Source: Alphaproteobacteria bacterium
Lineage (GTDB): Bacteria > Pseudomonadota > Alphaproteobacteria > SP197
Length of the DNA stretch: 64,000 bases
Assembly (NCBI GenBank): GCA_964291265.2
Contig: OZ219747.1
Coordinates: 1,184,001 to 1,248,000 of the forward strand
Direction: 5' to 3'
Positions 30,235-40,112 of the stretch are shown one piece after another (the stretch's first letter is position 1; every line of letters begins with the position of its first letter). Made by a program: the position numbers and the translations under genes. The notes below the pieces were generated by a model. It was not told where the DNA came from, did no database searches, and worked only from the letters and a program-made list of their open reading frames with translations.

Positions 30235-31587
30235 TCACGTGTTGAGGACGGCGACGTCCATCGGTTGGGCCACCCCTTCGACATCGCACGCGGTGACAAC
30301 TTCCAGCGAACCCCCGGTCCACCCCTGCTGCTGCGCCAGATCGAGGGCGGCGCCGGTCACGACGAGTGACGAACCCTGAATCTTGCAGTGCTTTTCGAGC
30401 TTGGCGGCAAGATTGACCGCCTCGCCGATCACCGTGTACTCGAGACGGGTGTCGTCACCGACGGTGCCAAAGATGACGGTGCCCGTGGCGAGGCCCATGC
30501 CCCATGCCAGGAGGCGCTGACCGCGCGATTGCCGGCGCTGGTTCCAGGCGTTCATCTGGCGATCGATGTCGAGTGCCGCGACGATGGCGTCGGCCGCGAA
30601 ACTCCCGCTTGGCGCCGTGGCGCCAAAGGTGATCATGACTCCATCGCCCATGAACTTGTCGATGGCGCCACCATGAGTTCGGGCCGTCGACACGACGAGA
30701 TGCTGATAGCGCGACAGCATGGACAGTGTCTGACCCGGGCCGAGGCGGCCGGAGAGCGCGGTGAATCCCCTCAAGTCCACAAACAGGATCGCGGCATCGC
30801 GCAGCACGCCCTCTCCAGCCGCCAAGACATCTTCGGAATGGGTGATCCGGTCGGCGACTTCCGGAGCGAAGAAGCGGGTGAGATCCTTCGCCGCCTCGCT
30901 GACCGCCACCGAGCGGACGAGCTGCTTGTGCGCCCGGGTCAGCGCGATGACGAGAGTGCCGGTCACAAGGATGAAGGTCAGGATCTTGTCGACCTCGCCG
31001 CCAATCAGGATATCGCTGGTGTAGAGGTAGTGGACGTAGTCGCGCGTGATCTCGCTGGGAACCGGCGCCACGTAGAGCGCATAGACGAGCAGGATCAGCC
31101 ATCCGGTGATCGCCGTGGCGCCCGCCATGAGAACGTAGCGCGGATCAAAGCGCAGGGTGCGCAGCGCGATCAGGACGAAGAGGTAGAGCATGGTCGGCAC
31201 CTGGAGCGAAAAACCCGGGGGCTGGGCGTACTGCAGGTGGAAGCTCCAGATAGTCACCAGCAACACGGTGATGTCGACCACGATCGATGTGACGATGATC
31301 CAGTTGGGCAGGCGCCTGGCATGTGCGAGAACGAGTCGCATCACCGTGAAGAGGAAATAGGTGCCGAGCGCCCACGGCACCGGCTGGAGCATGGTGTCTT
31401 CGGGGAATGTCTTGGGCGAGAACGTGTAGAGCACGGCGAAGAGGATGATGCCGATCATCTGCACCCAGCCGATCAGCACCTCGCTGTCTGCCTGGTCGCG
31501 GGCTATCTGGTTCCTGACACGCTCGGGCAGGTGACCGGTGACCGGTTCGCCAAAGAGCAGGACCCGGAGTCTGGCGGCAGTGGTCAT
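30235..31587 (-). CDS. Membrane-bound class III adenylate/guanylate cyclase
   Basis: About 6 TM helices, then LFVDLRGFT, DKFMGDG and EYTVIGEAVNLAAKLE. Confidence 0.92.
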   Translation of the reverse strand: MTTAARLRVLLFGEPVTGHLPERVRNQIARDQADSEVLIGWVQMIGIILFAVLYTFSPKTFPEDTMLQPVPWALGTYFLFTVMRLVLAHARRLPNWIIVTSIVVDITVLLVTIWSFHLQYAQPPGFSLQVPTMLYLFVLIALRTLRFDPRYVLMAGATAITGWLILLVYALYVAPVPSEITRDYVHYLYTSDILIGGEVDKILTFILVTGTLVIALTRAHKQLVRSVAVSEAAKDLTRFFAPEVADRITHSEDVLAAGEGVLRDAAILFVDLRGFTALSGRLGPGQTLSMLSRYQHLVVSTARTHGGAIDKFMGDGVMITFGATAPSGSFAADAIVAALDIDRQMNAWNQRRQSRGQRLLAWGMGLATGTVIFGTVGDDTRLEYTVIGEAVNLAAKLEKHCKIQGSSLVVTGAALDLAQQQGWTGGSLEVVTACDVEGVAQPMDVAVLNT

Positions 31588-32423
31588 CACGGCCGGGTCA
31601 TCCAAAGGCTGGTTTCGAGAGCGCCCGGGAGAAGCGGGAGGTCTGTGAGAACACCCGTGAGGAGACGATCCGGATGCTGTCGGGTCATGTAGTGGCTGGC
31701 AAAGAGTGGTGTCCAGGATCCTCCGGTCAGCATCGGTGCCACCACCAGCTGTTCATTGTAGCCGCGCCAGTCCCAGGAGCGGGGATAGTCGAAGGGGAGG
31801 AAGATGTCGTGGACATGAACGATGACCCCGACCGGAAGGCCGGGCACGATCCGGTTGAAGAGCTCGTCCACGTCGCTTCCCGGCATGGCGACATGGCTCG
31901 AATCGATGAACAGCATGTCGCCCTTGCCCAGATCTGTCACGACGGCGGGGTCGGCGTCGTGAAGCATGGTCTTCATCCATGAGACGCCGCGGGCGGGAAG
32001 GGGGGCCCGCGGTTCGGGGTCGATGGCGACAAGACGGGTGTTCGTGGCGCCGTCGGCTATGGCGCGGACCATGAAACGAGTGCTGTGTCCGGAACCGATT
32101 TCGACGATGCGCGAGGGTTTCCACATGCGCACCATGGCATAGAGAACGGCGGCGTCCAGCCGCGGAAACCAGTCCTGGTTCCAGCGTGGTCCGGGAGCCG
32201 GCGCGTCGTGGCCGATGGCCTTCAGATCATCACGGAACTGTTCGAGACCGGTGATGATGTCAAGAAAGGACTCGAGGTGTGAGGCAAACAGCCGGTCGAC
32301 CGCCTGGTAGCCGGCGGCGGCAGGGAAGGCTCGGGCATGCCGGCACGGAATGAAGTACCCCTGACGGTCCAGTCCCGTCACTGTCGCAAGCGCCATTCCC
32401 AGGCGCCGGGCGTATCCGGTCAA
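31587..32423 (-). CDS. Class I SAM-dependent methyltransferase (Methyltransf_24-like)
   Basis: IVEIGSGHST, LFIDSSH, HVHDIFLP.DYP, YNEQ. Confidence 0.88.
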   Translation of the reverse strand: MTGYARRLGMALATVTGLDRQGYFIPCRHARAFPAAAGYQAVDRLFASHLESFLDIITGLEQFRDDLKAIGHDAPAPGPRWNQDWFPRLDAAVLYAMVRMWKPSRIVEIGSGHSTRFMVRAIADGATNTRLVAIDPEPRAPLPARGVSWMKTMLHDADPAVVTDLGKGDMLFIDSSHVAMPGSDVDELFNRIVPGLPVGVIVHVHDIFLPFDYPRSWDWRGYNEQLVVAPMLTGGSWTPLFASHYMTRQHPDRLLTGVLTDLPLLPGALETSLWMTRP

Positions 32424-33250
32424 GGGATGAGAACCAGACCTTCGCGTGCAACCACGGATCCAGGGCGCCGCTCTTCGATCTCGGCGGCGATCGCATCCAT
32501 GCGGTCATCGTCATGCGAGGGGTCGTGATGGAAGGCAACGAAGGTCTTCACCGAGGCGGCTTCGGCGAGTCGCACGCCTTCCTGCCACGTCGAGTGGCCC
32601 CAGTTCTCGAACGCCGGAAACTCCTCGTCGGTGTAGGATGAATCGTAGATCATCAGGTCGCAGCCGGCGATCAGTTCGAGAATGTTCCGGTCGAGCGTTC
32701 CCGCCACGTGCTCGGTGTCGGTGACATAGCTGAGCGACCTGCCGCCATGATCGACGCGATAGCCACAGGCGCCGTTGGGATGGTTGAGAGGTGCGGTCAT
32801 GATCTTCAACCCCGCGTGGGGTCGAAGGCAGTCTCCGGCGCGGAAGGTCTTCCACGTGATGGTGGCCCGAAGCGAGTCCCCGGTGACCGGTGTTTGCGGA
32901 TCTTCCAGGAAATGGCGCACCACGTTCTCGAGAACCCGGGGTTCTTCAATGTGGCCGGCCCACACCGTCAGGCGAGTCTCGGGATGATTGAGGGGGCTGA
33001 AGAGGGCGATGCCGCAAACGTGGTCGAGGTGGGTATGCGTGAGGAAGAGGTCCGCATCGACAGGTCCCTCACCGAGTGAATCGGAGAGCGAACCAAGTCC
33101 GGTTCCGGCATCGAAGATGAGCAGCCTGTTGGCGCAACGGACCTCGAGGCAGGACGTGTTGCCGCCGTAGCGCCGTGTCCCGGGGTCGCAGCAGGGGATG
33201 CTGCCGCGAACTCCACGGAACCTGACCAGGAACTCAAGGGCCGATGGCAT
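32420..33250 (-). CDS. MBL-fold metallo-hydrolase (putative cyclic-nucleotide phosphodiesterase)
   Basis: GVRGSIP, YGGNTSC, DAGTG, THTHLDH, HP, TDTEH, WGHS, FHHDP. Confidence 0.88.
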   Translation of the reverse strand: MPSALEFLVRFRGVRGSIPCCDPGTRRYGGNTSCLEVRCANRLLIFDAGTGLGSLSDSLGEGPVDADLFLTHTHLDHVCGIALFSPLNHPETRLTVWAGHIEEPRVLENVVRHFLEDPQTPVTGDSLRATITWKTFRAGDCLRPHAGLKIMTAPLNHPNGACGYRVDHGGRSLSYVTDTEHVAGTLDRNILELIAGCDLMIYDSSYTDEEFPAFENWGHSTWQEGVRLAEAASVKTFVAFHHDPSHDDDRMDAIAAEIEERRPGSVVAREGLVLIP

Positions 33251-33340
33251 GGCTGCCTCACGTGGGTATGGACGGTCATTTCATGGTCCCTGCCAAGGAT
33301 ATATGGTCATGGTCCCCTTGACCACGCCGGGAGAAACGGG

Positions 33341-33898
33341 ATGGACCGGAACCGGGAGACAGTCCTGCGGCTGATCCGCGAACTCGCCGTGATGAGCGGC
33401 GGCGATTTCGAACTTGCGTCCGGCGAGCGGTCTGCCGTCTACATCGATCTTCGCCGGGTGACGATGCATCCTCTCGGCGCCAGTGCCATCGCACACATGA
33501 TTCACGATCGCCTGGCCGATGCCGGCGTTGATTCCGTGGGAGGCATGGCGACGGCTGCCATACCCGTTGTCACGGCGGTGGTCTGCGAGAGCCAGCGGCG
33601 AAGTGTTCCCGTGAAGGGGTTCTACGTGCGTGACAAGACAAAGGCCCGCGGTACGCAGCGTCGTATCGAGGGTCTTCTCGAAGGGGGAGACAGCGTGGCC
33701 CTCCTCGAGGACACGATGACGACGGGACAATCGACCATGGCCGCCGTCGAGGCGGTTCGCGAGGCGGGAGGACGGGTGGTGCGCGTGATCACGGTGGTCG
33801 ACCGTCTCAGGGGCGGTGCGGCACTGTTTGCGGATTCGGGCATTGCATTCGAGGCCCTCTTCACGCTCGACGGGATCACGGACGACACGTGTCCATGA
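33341..33898 (+). CDS. pyrE: Orotate phosphoribosyltransferase
   Basis: GDFELASG.RS.VYID, VRDKTKARG, PRPP motif LLEDTMTTG. Confidence 0.9.
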   Translation: MDRNRETVLRLIRELAVMSGGDFELASGERSAVYIDLRRVTMHPLGASAIAHMIHDRLADAGVDSVGGMATAAIPVVTAVVCESQRRSVPVKGFYVRDKTKARGTQRRIEGLLEGGDSVALLEDTMTTGQSTMAAVEAVREAGGRVVRVITVVDRLRGGAALFADSGIAFEALFTLDGITDDTCP

Positions 33899-35100
33899 GT
33901 TCCCCCGGGAGAAGTGACTGGGGAGGTATCTGGTTCGGTCTGGCGGTGTCCAGCTTCGCGGCATTCCAGATGCTGAAACTGCCCCCGTCGCTGCCCTTGT
34001 TCATCGAGGCCTACGACTACGGACGCGTCATCGCCGGCGCTCTCGTCTCGGTCTATGCCCTTGCCGGGATCTTCTTCTCGCTTACCGCCGGCACCCTGAC
34101 CGGGCGGTACCCTCTTCACGTGCTTGCAGGATCGCTCGGCCTTTTCTTCCTTGGCAATGCGATCACCCTCTTCTTTCCGGATCTTGCCTGGCTCAATCTC
34201 GTGGCGCGCACGATCGAGGGTCTCGCCTACACCGTGTTCGCCATCGCCGGTGCCGCCATTGCCAATCGTTCGGCGGCACCATCAGACCTCTCCCTGGTGG
34301 CCGGAATTGTCGCTGTCTGGGTGCCTATAGGCCAGATTCTGGCTCTTGTGACCGGCTATCTCTTCTTCGATTCCCTGGGCTGGCAACCCCTGTGGTGGCT
34401 GTCGCTCTTCCTCACCATGGCCCTCGGCCTGTGGCTCCTTGCGCGTCGGGCGGGCGTGGAAAGGGCTCTTCGCGTCGAAGTCCGCGGCGCAGGGACAGCC
34501 CAGCTTCGCCAGCGGTTCTCCCTGTGGCTGGCGGCAGGTGTCTTTGCTGCCTGGGCCGGTCAGTACATCGCCTTCATGACCTGGTTGCCGGACTATGTGG
34601 TCGGACACTTCGATGTGGGTGCCGACGAGGCTGCCGCCATCAACGCCGTCTCCGTGGCGGGCGTTCTGGCAAGCTGCCTGGCGACGGGATGGCTGCTGCG
34701 CCGGGGAGTGTCCTTCGGTCTTCTCTTGACCGGAGCCACCCTCATCCAGGCCATTGTCTGGTTTGTCGGCCCGCATCTTGACAGCCTCACCGGGCTCGTT
34801 GCCATCACGGTCTATGGTATCGTCGCCGGCGCGCCACCCACCTGCATGTTCGCCGTTCCTGCCCGTCTCCTTGGCGGGGATCGTGCCGGGCCTTCCGCCT
34901 TTGCGCCCCTGATGACCGGACGCAGCCTGGGCGTTCTCCTGGCCCCCATTGTGGCCGGTGGGCTCGTCGACACCGAAGGCTGGACGGTCTTCGCCTCGAT
35001 CTATGGACTCCTCACGTTCGCTTCGGCTGTTGCCGGTGGCCTGATGGCCGCTCTTGTGACGCGACAAGCCTGGCAGGGATCTCAGGTTCTCAGGCGATAG
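33895..35100 (+). CDS. MFS transporter
   Basis: About 12 hydrophobic segments; ATGA overlap with pyrE. Confidence 0.85.
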   Translation: MSSPGRSDWGGIWFGLAVSSFAAFQMLKLPPSLPLFIEAYDYGRVIAGALVSVYALAGIFFSLTAGTLTGRYPLHVLAGSLGLFFLGNAITLFFPDLAWLNLVARTIEGLAYTVFAIAGAAIANRSAAPSDLSLVAGIVAVWVPIGQILALVTGYLFFDSLGWQPLWWLSLFLTMALGLWLLARRAGVERALRVEVRGAGTAQLRQRFSLWLAAGVFAAWAGQYIAFMTWLPDYVVGHFDVGADEAAAINAVSVAGVLASCLATGWLLRRGVSFGLLLTGATLIQAIVWFVGPHLDSLTGLVAITVYGIVAGAPPTCMFAVPARLLGGDRAGPSAFAPLMTGRSLGVLLAPIVAGGLVDTEGWTVFASIYGLLTFASAVAGGLMAALVTRQAWQGSQVLRR

Positions 35101-35738
35101 CCGCCCGGCACATTGAGAAGAATGCGGGCCCGTGAGCGATCTTCCCCGAGTTTGCGGCGCAATCGCCAGATATGGGTCTCAAGGGTGTGTGTCCTGATGC
35201 GTGTGTCGTGTCCCCAGACCCTTCCGAGAAGGGTGCTGCGATCGACCGGACGTTCCCCGGCGAGGAGCAGTTCGACGAGAATCAGCGACTCCTTCTCGGT
35301 GAGGCGGTTCGAGGTGCCGCTTGACCGGTGCTCCAGCAATCGTGTGTCGGGATGGAAGGTGAAGGGCCCGACCTTCATCGGCGCCGGCAGGGCCTGCACC
35401 GGGCGCTCGAGCAGTTTCCTCACCTGTGCGATCAACGTGCCAAGCCGGAACGGTTTGCAGATCCCGTCGCCAGGGATTCCGGATCCGATGCGGATGAGCG
35501 GCAGGGTTGCGTGCATGCGTGCGAGTGTCTGCCGAAGGAGCTCGGCACAGTCGTCCGCGAGGTCGTCATCGGCAATGACAACCGCGAAGGGGTCAGTTCC
35601 GAGATGTTCGAGGGCGTCTCTCGATCCCGAACAGACGACCGGCGTCGTGCCGTGGTTCACCCCCAGCTGTTCTGCGATGGCTTCGCCAAGGGCAGCGTCG
35701 GCTGTCACGACAAGGATCGCTTTGCCTGCTACGTTCAT
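35082..35738 (-). CDS. OmpR-family response regulator with an atypical receiver domain
   Basis: KPF motif; winged-helix RLTEKE...THTLETHIWRLRRKL...GGY. Confidence 0.88.
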   Translation of the reverse strand: MNVAGKAILVVTADAALGEAIAEQLGVNHGTTPVVCSGSRDALEHLGTDPFAVVIADDDLADDCAELLRQTLARMHATLPLIRIGSGIPGDGICKPFRLGTLIAQVRKLLERPVQALPAPMKVGPFTFHPDTRLLEHRSSGTSNRLTEKESLILVELLLAGERPVDRSTLLGRVWGHDTRIRTHTLETHIWRLRRKLGEDRSRARILLNVPGGYRLRT

Positions 35739-35764
35739 GGCGCTGCCACAGGGACATTGCCGGC

Positions 35765-36268
35765 GTGACTGATATCGTGGTGTACGGGAAGGGAATTGCG
35801 CGCTTTGGCAACCACGCATGCCGCTGTGCGCTCGGCCCTGCCGGTATCGTCGATCGAAAGGTGGAGGGTGACGGTGGCACCCCGGCCGGCGTATGGCCCC
35901 TCAAGAGAGTGCTCTTCAGGCCTGACAGGGAGGCATGGCCGGAGTGCCTTCTTCCGGTCTCGGCCATCACGCCGACGGACGGGTGGTGCGACGACCCCCG
36001 GCACGACGACTACAACAGGCTTGTATCCCTGCCCTTTGCAGGGGGGCACGAGATCATGTGGCGCAGTGACCATCTCTACGACCTCGTCATCATCGTCGGA
36101 TTCAATGACGATCCGCCGGTTCCCGGCGCCGGCAGCGCCGTCTTCGTGCACCTTGCATCGGCTGATCTGGCGCCGACTGCAGGATGCGTGGCCTTTGCAC
36201 GCGAAGATCTCCTGGCGATTCTTCCGGGACTCGATCAGACGAGTGCTCTCGTCGTCCGTCATGCGTAG
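35765..36268 (+). CDS. L,D-transpeptidase (YkuD-like) family protein
   Basis: K.EGDGGTP.G, GWCDDP, GSAVFVH...PTAGCVA. Confidence 0.88.
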   Translation: MTDIVVYGKGIARFGNHACRCALGPAGIVDRKVEGDGGTPAGVWPLKRVLFRPDREAWPECLLPVSAITPTDGWCDDPRHDDYNRLVSLPFAGGHEIMWRSDHLYDLVIIVGFNDDPPVPGAGSAVFVHLASADLAPTAGCVAFAREDLLAILPGLDQTSALVVRHA

Positions 36269-36600
36269 CCGTGGACTTCCCGCCGGTTGACGGGTTCGAC
36301 GACCATCACCGCCCTGGCGAATTCGGCGCGGTCGACCATCCACGTGCCATCGGGCAGCCAGATGCCGTCGCCGGGCTCAAGGTCGAACGTGTCCTCACGG
36401 GTCTCGAGACCGAGAGTGCACGCGAGGATGTGCATGGACTCGTCGCAGGGAACCGTCCACTCCATGTCGCTGTTCTCGAGGAGGCCGAACGATCGGCTTT
36501 CCTTTGCCGAGACGTCACGCGAGACGGTGAAGGTCACCGGAGGGCCGCCAGTCTGGCTGAAGACACGTTCGGATGGCCGGACACGGCGGATGGCTGGCAT
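36259..36600 (-). CDS. EutQ-like cupin, possibly eroded
   Basis: MEWTVPCDE...LEPGDGIWLPDG cupin pattern; CAAGAGG RBS. Confidence 0.6.
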   Translation of the reverse strand: MPAIRRVRPSERVFSQTGGPPVTFTVSRDVSAKESRSFGLLENSDMEWTVPCDESMHILACTLGLETREDTFDLEPGDGIWLPDGTWMVDRAEFARAVMVVEPVNRREVHGYA

Positions 36601-36619
36601 GATGGCTACCTCTTGTCTG

Positions 36620-37540
36620 GCAGGTTCGAAAGGTGAGGTCGGTGGATCCCTTCGCCACTTCGCCCTCGGTTGCCGGACCGGCCACGGCCTCGATGGCGTG
36701 GCTGCGCAGGTCGATCTCCCGGCGTGAACGCTGCGGCAGATCGCAGCGTTGAGGCTCGAGCAGACGAAGGGGGTCGTCGCCGTTGACAAAACCGAGACAG
36801 AGGCCGCCAAAGTCGTAGCCGATGAGGCGGGCGAGCCCCTCGTCATAGGTCCGGGCGATGTCCGGAGGGTTGGCGAGATACTGGTTCTCTTCCTGGCGCA
36901 GCCAGCTCCAGCCGTACCGCAGGGCAAGGCCGGCCCTGACAACACCGGAACGATTGGCGCCGCCGCCATGCCAGGCGCCGTCCATGTAGAGCAGCACCGA
37001 TCCGGCCGGCATCTCGACGGGGATCACCTCCTCGATTCTCGCAAGGCGATCATGGTCCCACCGGTGGCCGTCCGGAACGACGCCCGTTCCGCCGTTGGCG
37101 GCGGTGAAGTCGGCGAGGGCCCACATGGTGAAGATGACCATGAGGGAGAGGGGTGGCGCACCGGGTAGATGCTGCCGTCACGGTGCAGTCCCCGGGCACC
37201 GGCCCCGGGTTCGAGGTGCATGATACCGGAGGAATTGAGCTGCCAGTTCGGCATGCAGGGCGTGAACATCCTCTCGACGAGATCCATGACGACAGGCGCC
37301 AGCGAAGAGTTCGCGCGCCGCCGGCGATCGGGCGAGGACGCTGCCCAGCCGTCTGGTGCGGCGCCCCGGAAACTCGCCGTCTCCCAGGAGAGCGGCGGCA
37401 ATGTAGGGCGCCAGTTCCCCGAGGGCCTGTTCCGTTTCGCCCAGAGCGAGGTCGCGCACCACCAGACAGCCGTTCTCCCGGAAGACCTCGTGGAGGAGAT
37501 CCATCGGCGCGGAGGGCTCGAAATCGGCAAGGGACGTCAT
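36620..37540 (-). pseudogene. Phytanoyl-CoA dioxygenase family pseudogene (at least 2 frameshifts)
   Basis: Three consecutive frames: ENGCLVVRD; LEPGAGARGLHRD; MWALADFTAANGGT...EMPAGS...WHGGGAN...WLRQEENQYL; 3' end approximate. Confidence 0.82.
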
Positions 37541-37999
37541 GGTGCACACCCGCACGGACGTCGAACCTGCCCGGCCCCACCCGATATCGCGCCGGACCGC
37601 ATCGTCACCCTCGGGGACCCGACGCGGGCCCATGTCGACAGGACCATGTTCCGGCACAAGAAGGGGATTGTCGATGTGCATGACGCTCCTATGCATCGGC
37701 CTGACGCGGGGGACCGGTGTCCATCATTCGCATGGCGGGATTCCTTGCCACATCATCCCTGCAGTGTAGGGCATCGTCGTGCGGCCGCGCCATGACAATC
37801 CTCGGACGTCGTCAGCAGGATCCGGGTCCCGGGGTTCCGTCTTCTGCGCGGGGAATGGGTGGTCCGGACGATGCCTCCGGTTGACCGGAACTGACGTCGC
37901 TTCGCCCGATCGTCGCAGAGATCAATCAACTCCGGGCCATGACCGAGGGAGCCTGCACCCGGATCCCCGGGGGAATCGGGTGCAGACTCGTTGTTGATG

Positions 38000-39856
38000 T
38001 CAGCCGATGAGGCCGTCGTCGGTGCGCCGGACCGCGATGATGGCCGAGCGTGGCACCGAGACTCCGCCGGCCGGGAAGTGGGAACCTCCGTCCTCGCCTG
38101 GATGCTGGACGCCGACGAACAGTGTCCGCCTGTCGGGAGACCACGCGATCCCCGTGATCTCGGCCTCCCGGGGGCCGACCAGGAAGCGCCGGATTTCACC
38201 GGTCTCGGTGTCGCCCGCCAGCATCTGGTTGTTGCCGTGGCCCTCGAAGTCTTCGCTGTTCGAGTGGTTGCCGTCCGTCTGGATCCACAGCAGTCCCTGG
38301 CGGTCGAACATCATGCCGTCGGGCGAATTGAACATGTTGCCCGCGTCGATGTTGTCGGAGCCTGCATGGGCATCCGTGTGGACCGCCGGATTTCCGGCCA
38401 GGGCATAGAGGTCCCAGGAAAACGTCGGCGAGGCATGGTCTTCGCCGTCCGGACGTCAGCGAAGGATCTGTCCGTAGAGATTCGCTTCGCGCGGATTGGG
38501 CCCGCCGACCGGGGTCGCATCACCGCCGGCATTCGGCTTGATGCCACGGTTCTTGTTGTTGGTCAGCGCGACGTAGCTCTCCACCCGGTTCGGATTGGAG
38601 GCAACCCACTCGGGACGGTCCATGGTCGTGGCGCCGAGGATCGATCCCGCCATCCTCGTGTTGACGGCAATCTCCTCCGCACTCATGCCGGTGGCATCCG
38701 GTGTCAACGCCATCCACTCGCCGGACTGGTCGTCGGAGAACCGGGCGACGTAGAGCGTGCCGGAGTCCAGCAGCTGGGAATTGTCTCCACCGAGCGAATA
38801 GTGGCCTTCGGAGACGAACCGGTAGAGGAACTCGCCGCGTTCGTCATCACCCATGTAGACGACCACGCGCCCGTCGGACGCCAGGACGACATCGGCGTTC
38901 TCGTGCTTGAACCGGCCAAGGGCGGTGCGCTTCTTCGGTGTGGAGGCGGGATCGAGGGGATCGATTTCCACAATGTAGCCGACCCGGTTCGACTCGTTGG
39001 GATGACGCGAGATGTCGAACCTCTGGTCAACCTTCGCCCAGCCATAGCCCCAGTCCTCGAGCTTGACGCCATAGCGCTGCATCGATGCCGTGGGTTCGTA
39101 GTCCGGATCGGAGGACGAGAAGTAGCCGTTGAAGTTCTCTTCGCAGGCAAGGTACGTGCCCCAGGGGGTCTCGCCGTTGCCGCAGTTGTTCCAGGTTCCC
39201 GTGGTCCGTGTGCCGCTCGGGTCGGCGGCGGTCTTCACAAGGTTCGAACCGGCGGCAGGACCGGTCAGTTCCATTGTGGTGTCGGGCGTGATTCGTCTGT
39301 TGAAGGCGCTGTCCCTGACCACCTTCCAGCGGTTGCCGTCGGGTGCGATTTCGAACACCGACACGCCGTGGGCCATCATTCCCTTGCGGATGTCGTCGTT
39401 GCCGGCAGCCTCGTTGTCCGGGCGGTTGCCCCAGAGGATGTCCCGGTTGGTGTATTCGTTGTTGACGGCCATGACGGTGCCACCGGCCGAGTGAAACACG
39501 GCCATGCCGTCGTTGTTGTCACCGAAGGCCCGCGCCTGGCTCTCGGCGGTGCCGCGCGTCGCGTCGTCGAATTCGGGCACATCGGACCACAGAGGATCAC
39601 CCCAGCGGATGAGTGTGTACCACTCGAATCCCTCGGGAACGGTGATGGAATCGTGGGTGTCCGCAGGGATCTGGTCAAATCCGAAGCGGTCCGTTCCGGC
39701 GAACGCCCTGGTCGTGAGCGAGGTTGTCTCCATGACGAAGGTGCCGAGGCCGAACGTCATCACACCGAGAATCCCGCGGCGGCTGATCGCTGTTTCGATC
39801 ACCTGGTCGAGTTCGGTTGTCTGGGTAGGCGTCGAGTGGGTCATGCTGTCGGTCAT
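38000..39856 (-). pseudogene. phoX: PhoX-family (DUF839) alkaline phosphatase with one in-frame TGA at 38456-38458
   Basis: Tat SRRG, NNEY, NNCG.G.TPWGTYLACEEN, GRFKHE, MDRPEW; after the stop the same frame gives FNSPDG, IQTDG, VQHPG. Confidence 0.88.
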
Positions 39857-40112
39857 TGCTGCATCCTGATGTTTGAGGCTGTCGGGCGGGAGTGCTGCCC
39901 GAGATCGCATGTTCCCTACCGGCGGATCATTTCAGAAATGCAACGGATTCGCAGCCGATGCATGGGAAATGCCTGTCGGTCCACACCGGCTCAAGGCCCG
40001 GGGGATTCCTCCCACAGCAATTCCACTGCCTTGTCGACGCCGCAGGTAGACGACTTTCCGTGCAGGAGGCAAGGAGGTGCGCAGGCAATCCGGCAAGGTC
40101 AAGGAGCAGTTC

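Noticed and set aside
38456-38458. Alternative genetic code (UGA=Trp) or selenocysteine in phoX
   Set aside because: TGA is the usual stop for many intact genes here, TGG is used for Trp throughout, and the position is not a Cys site
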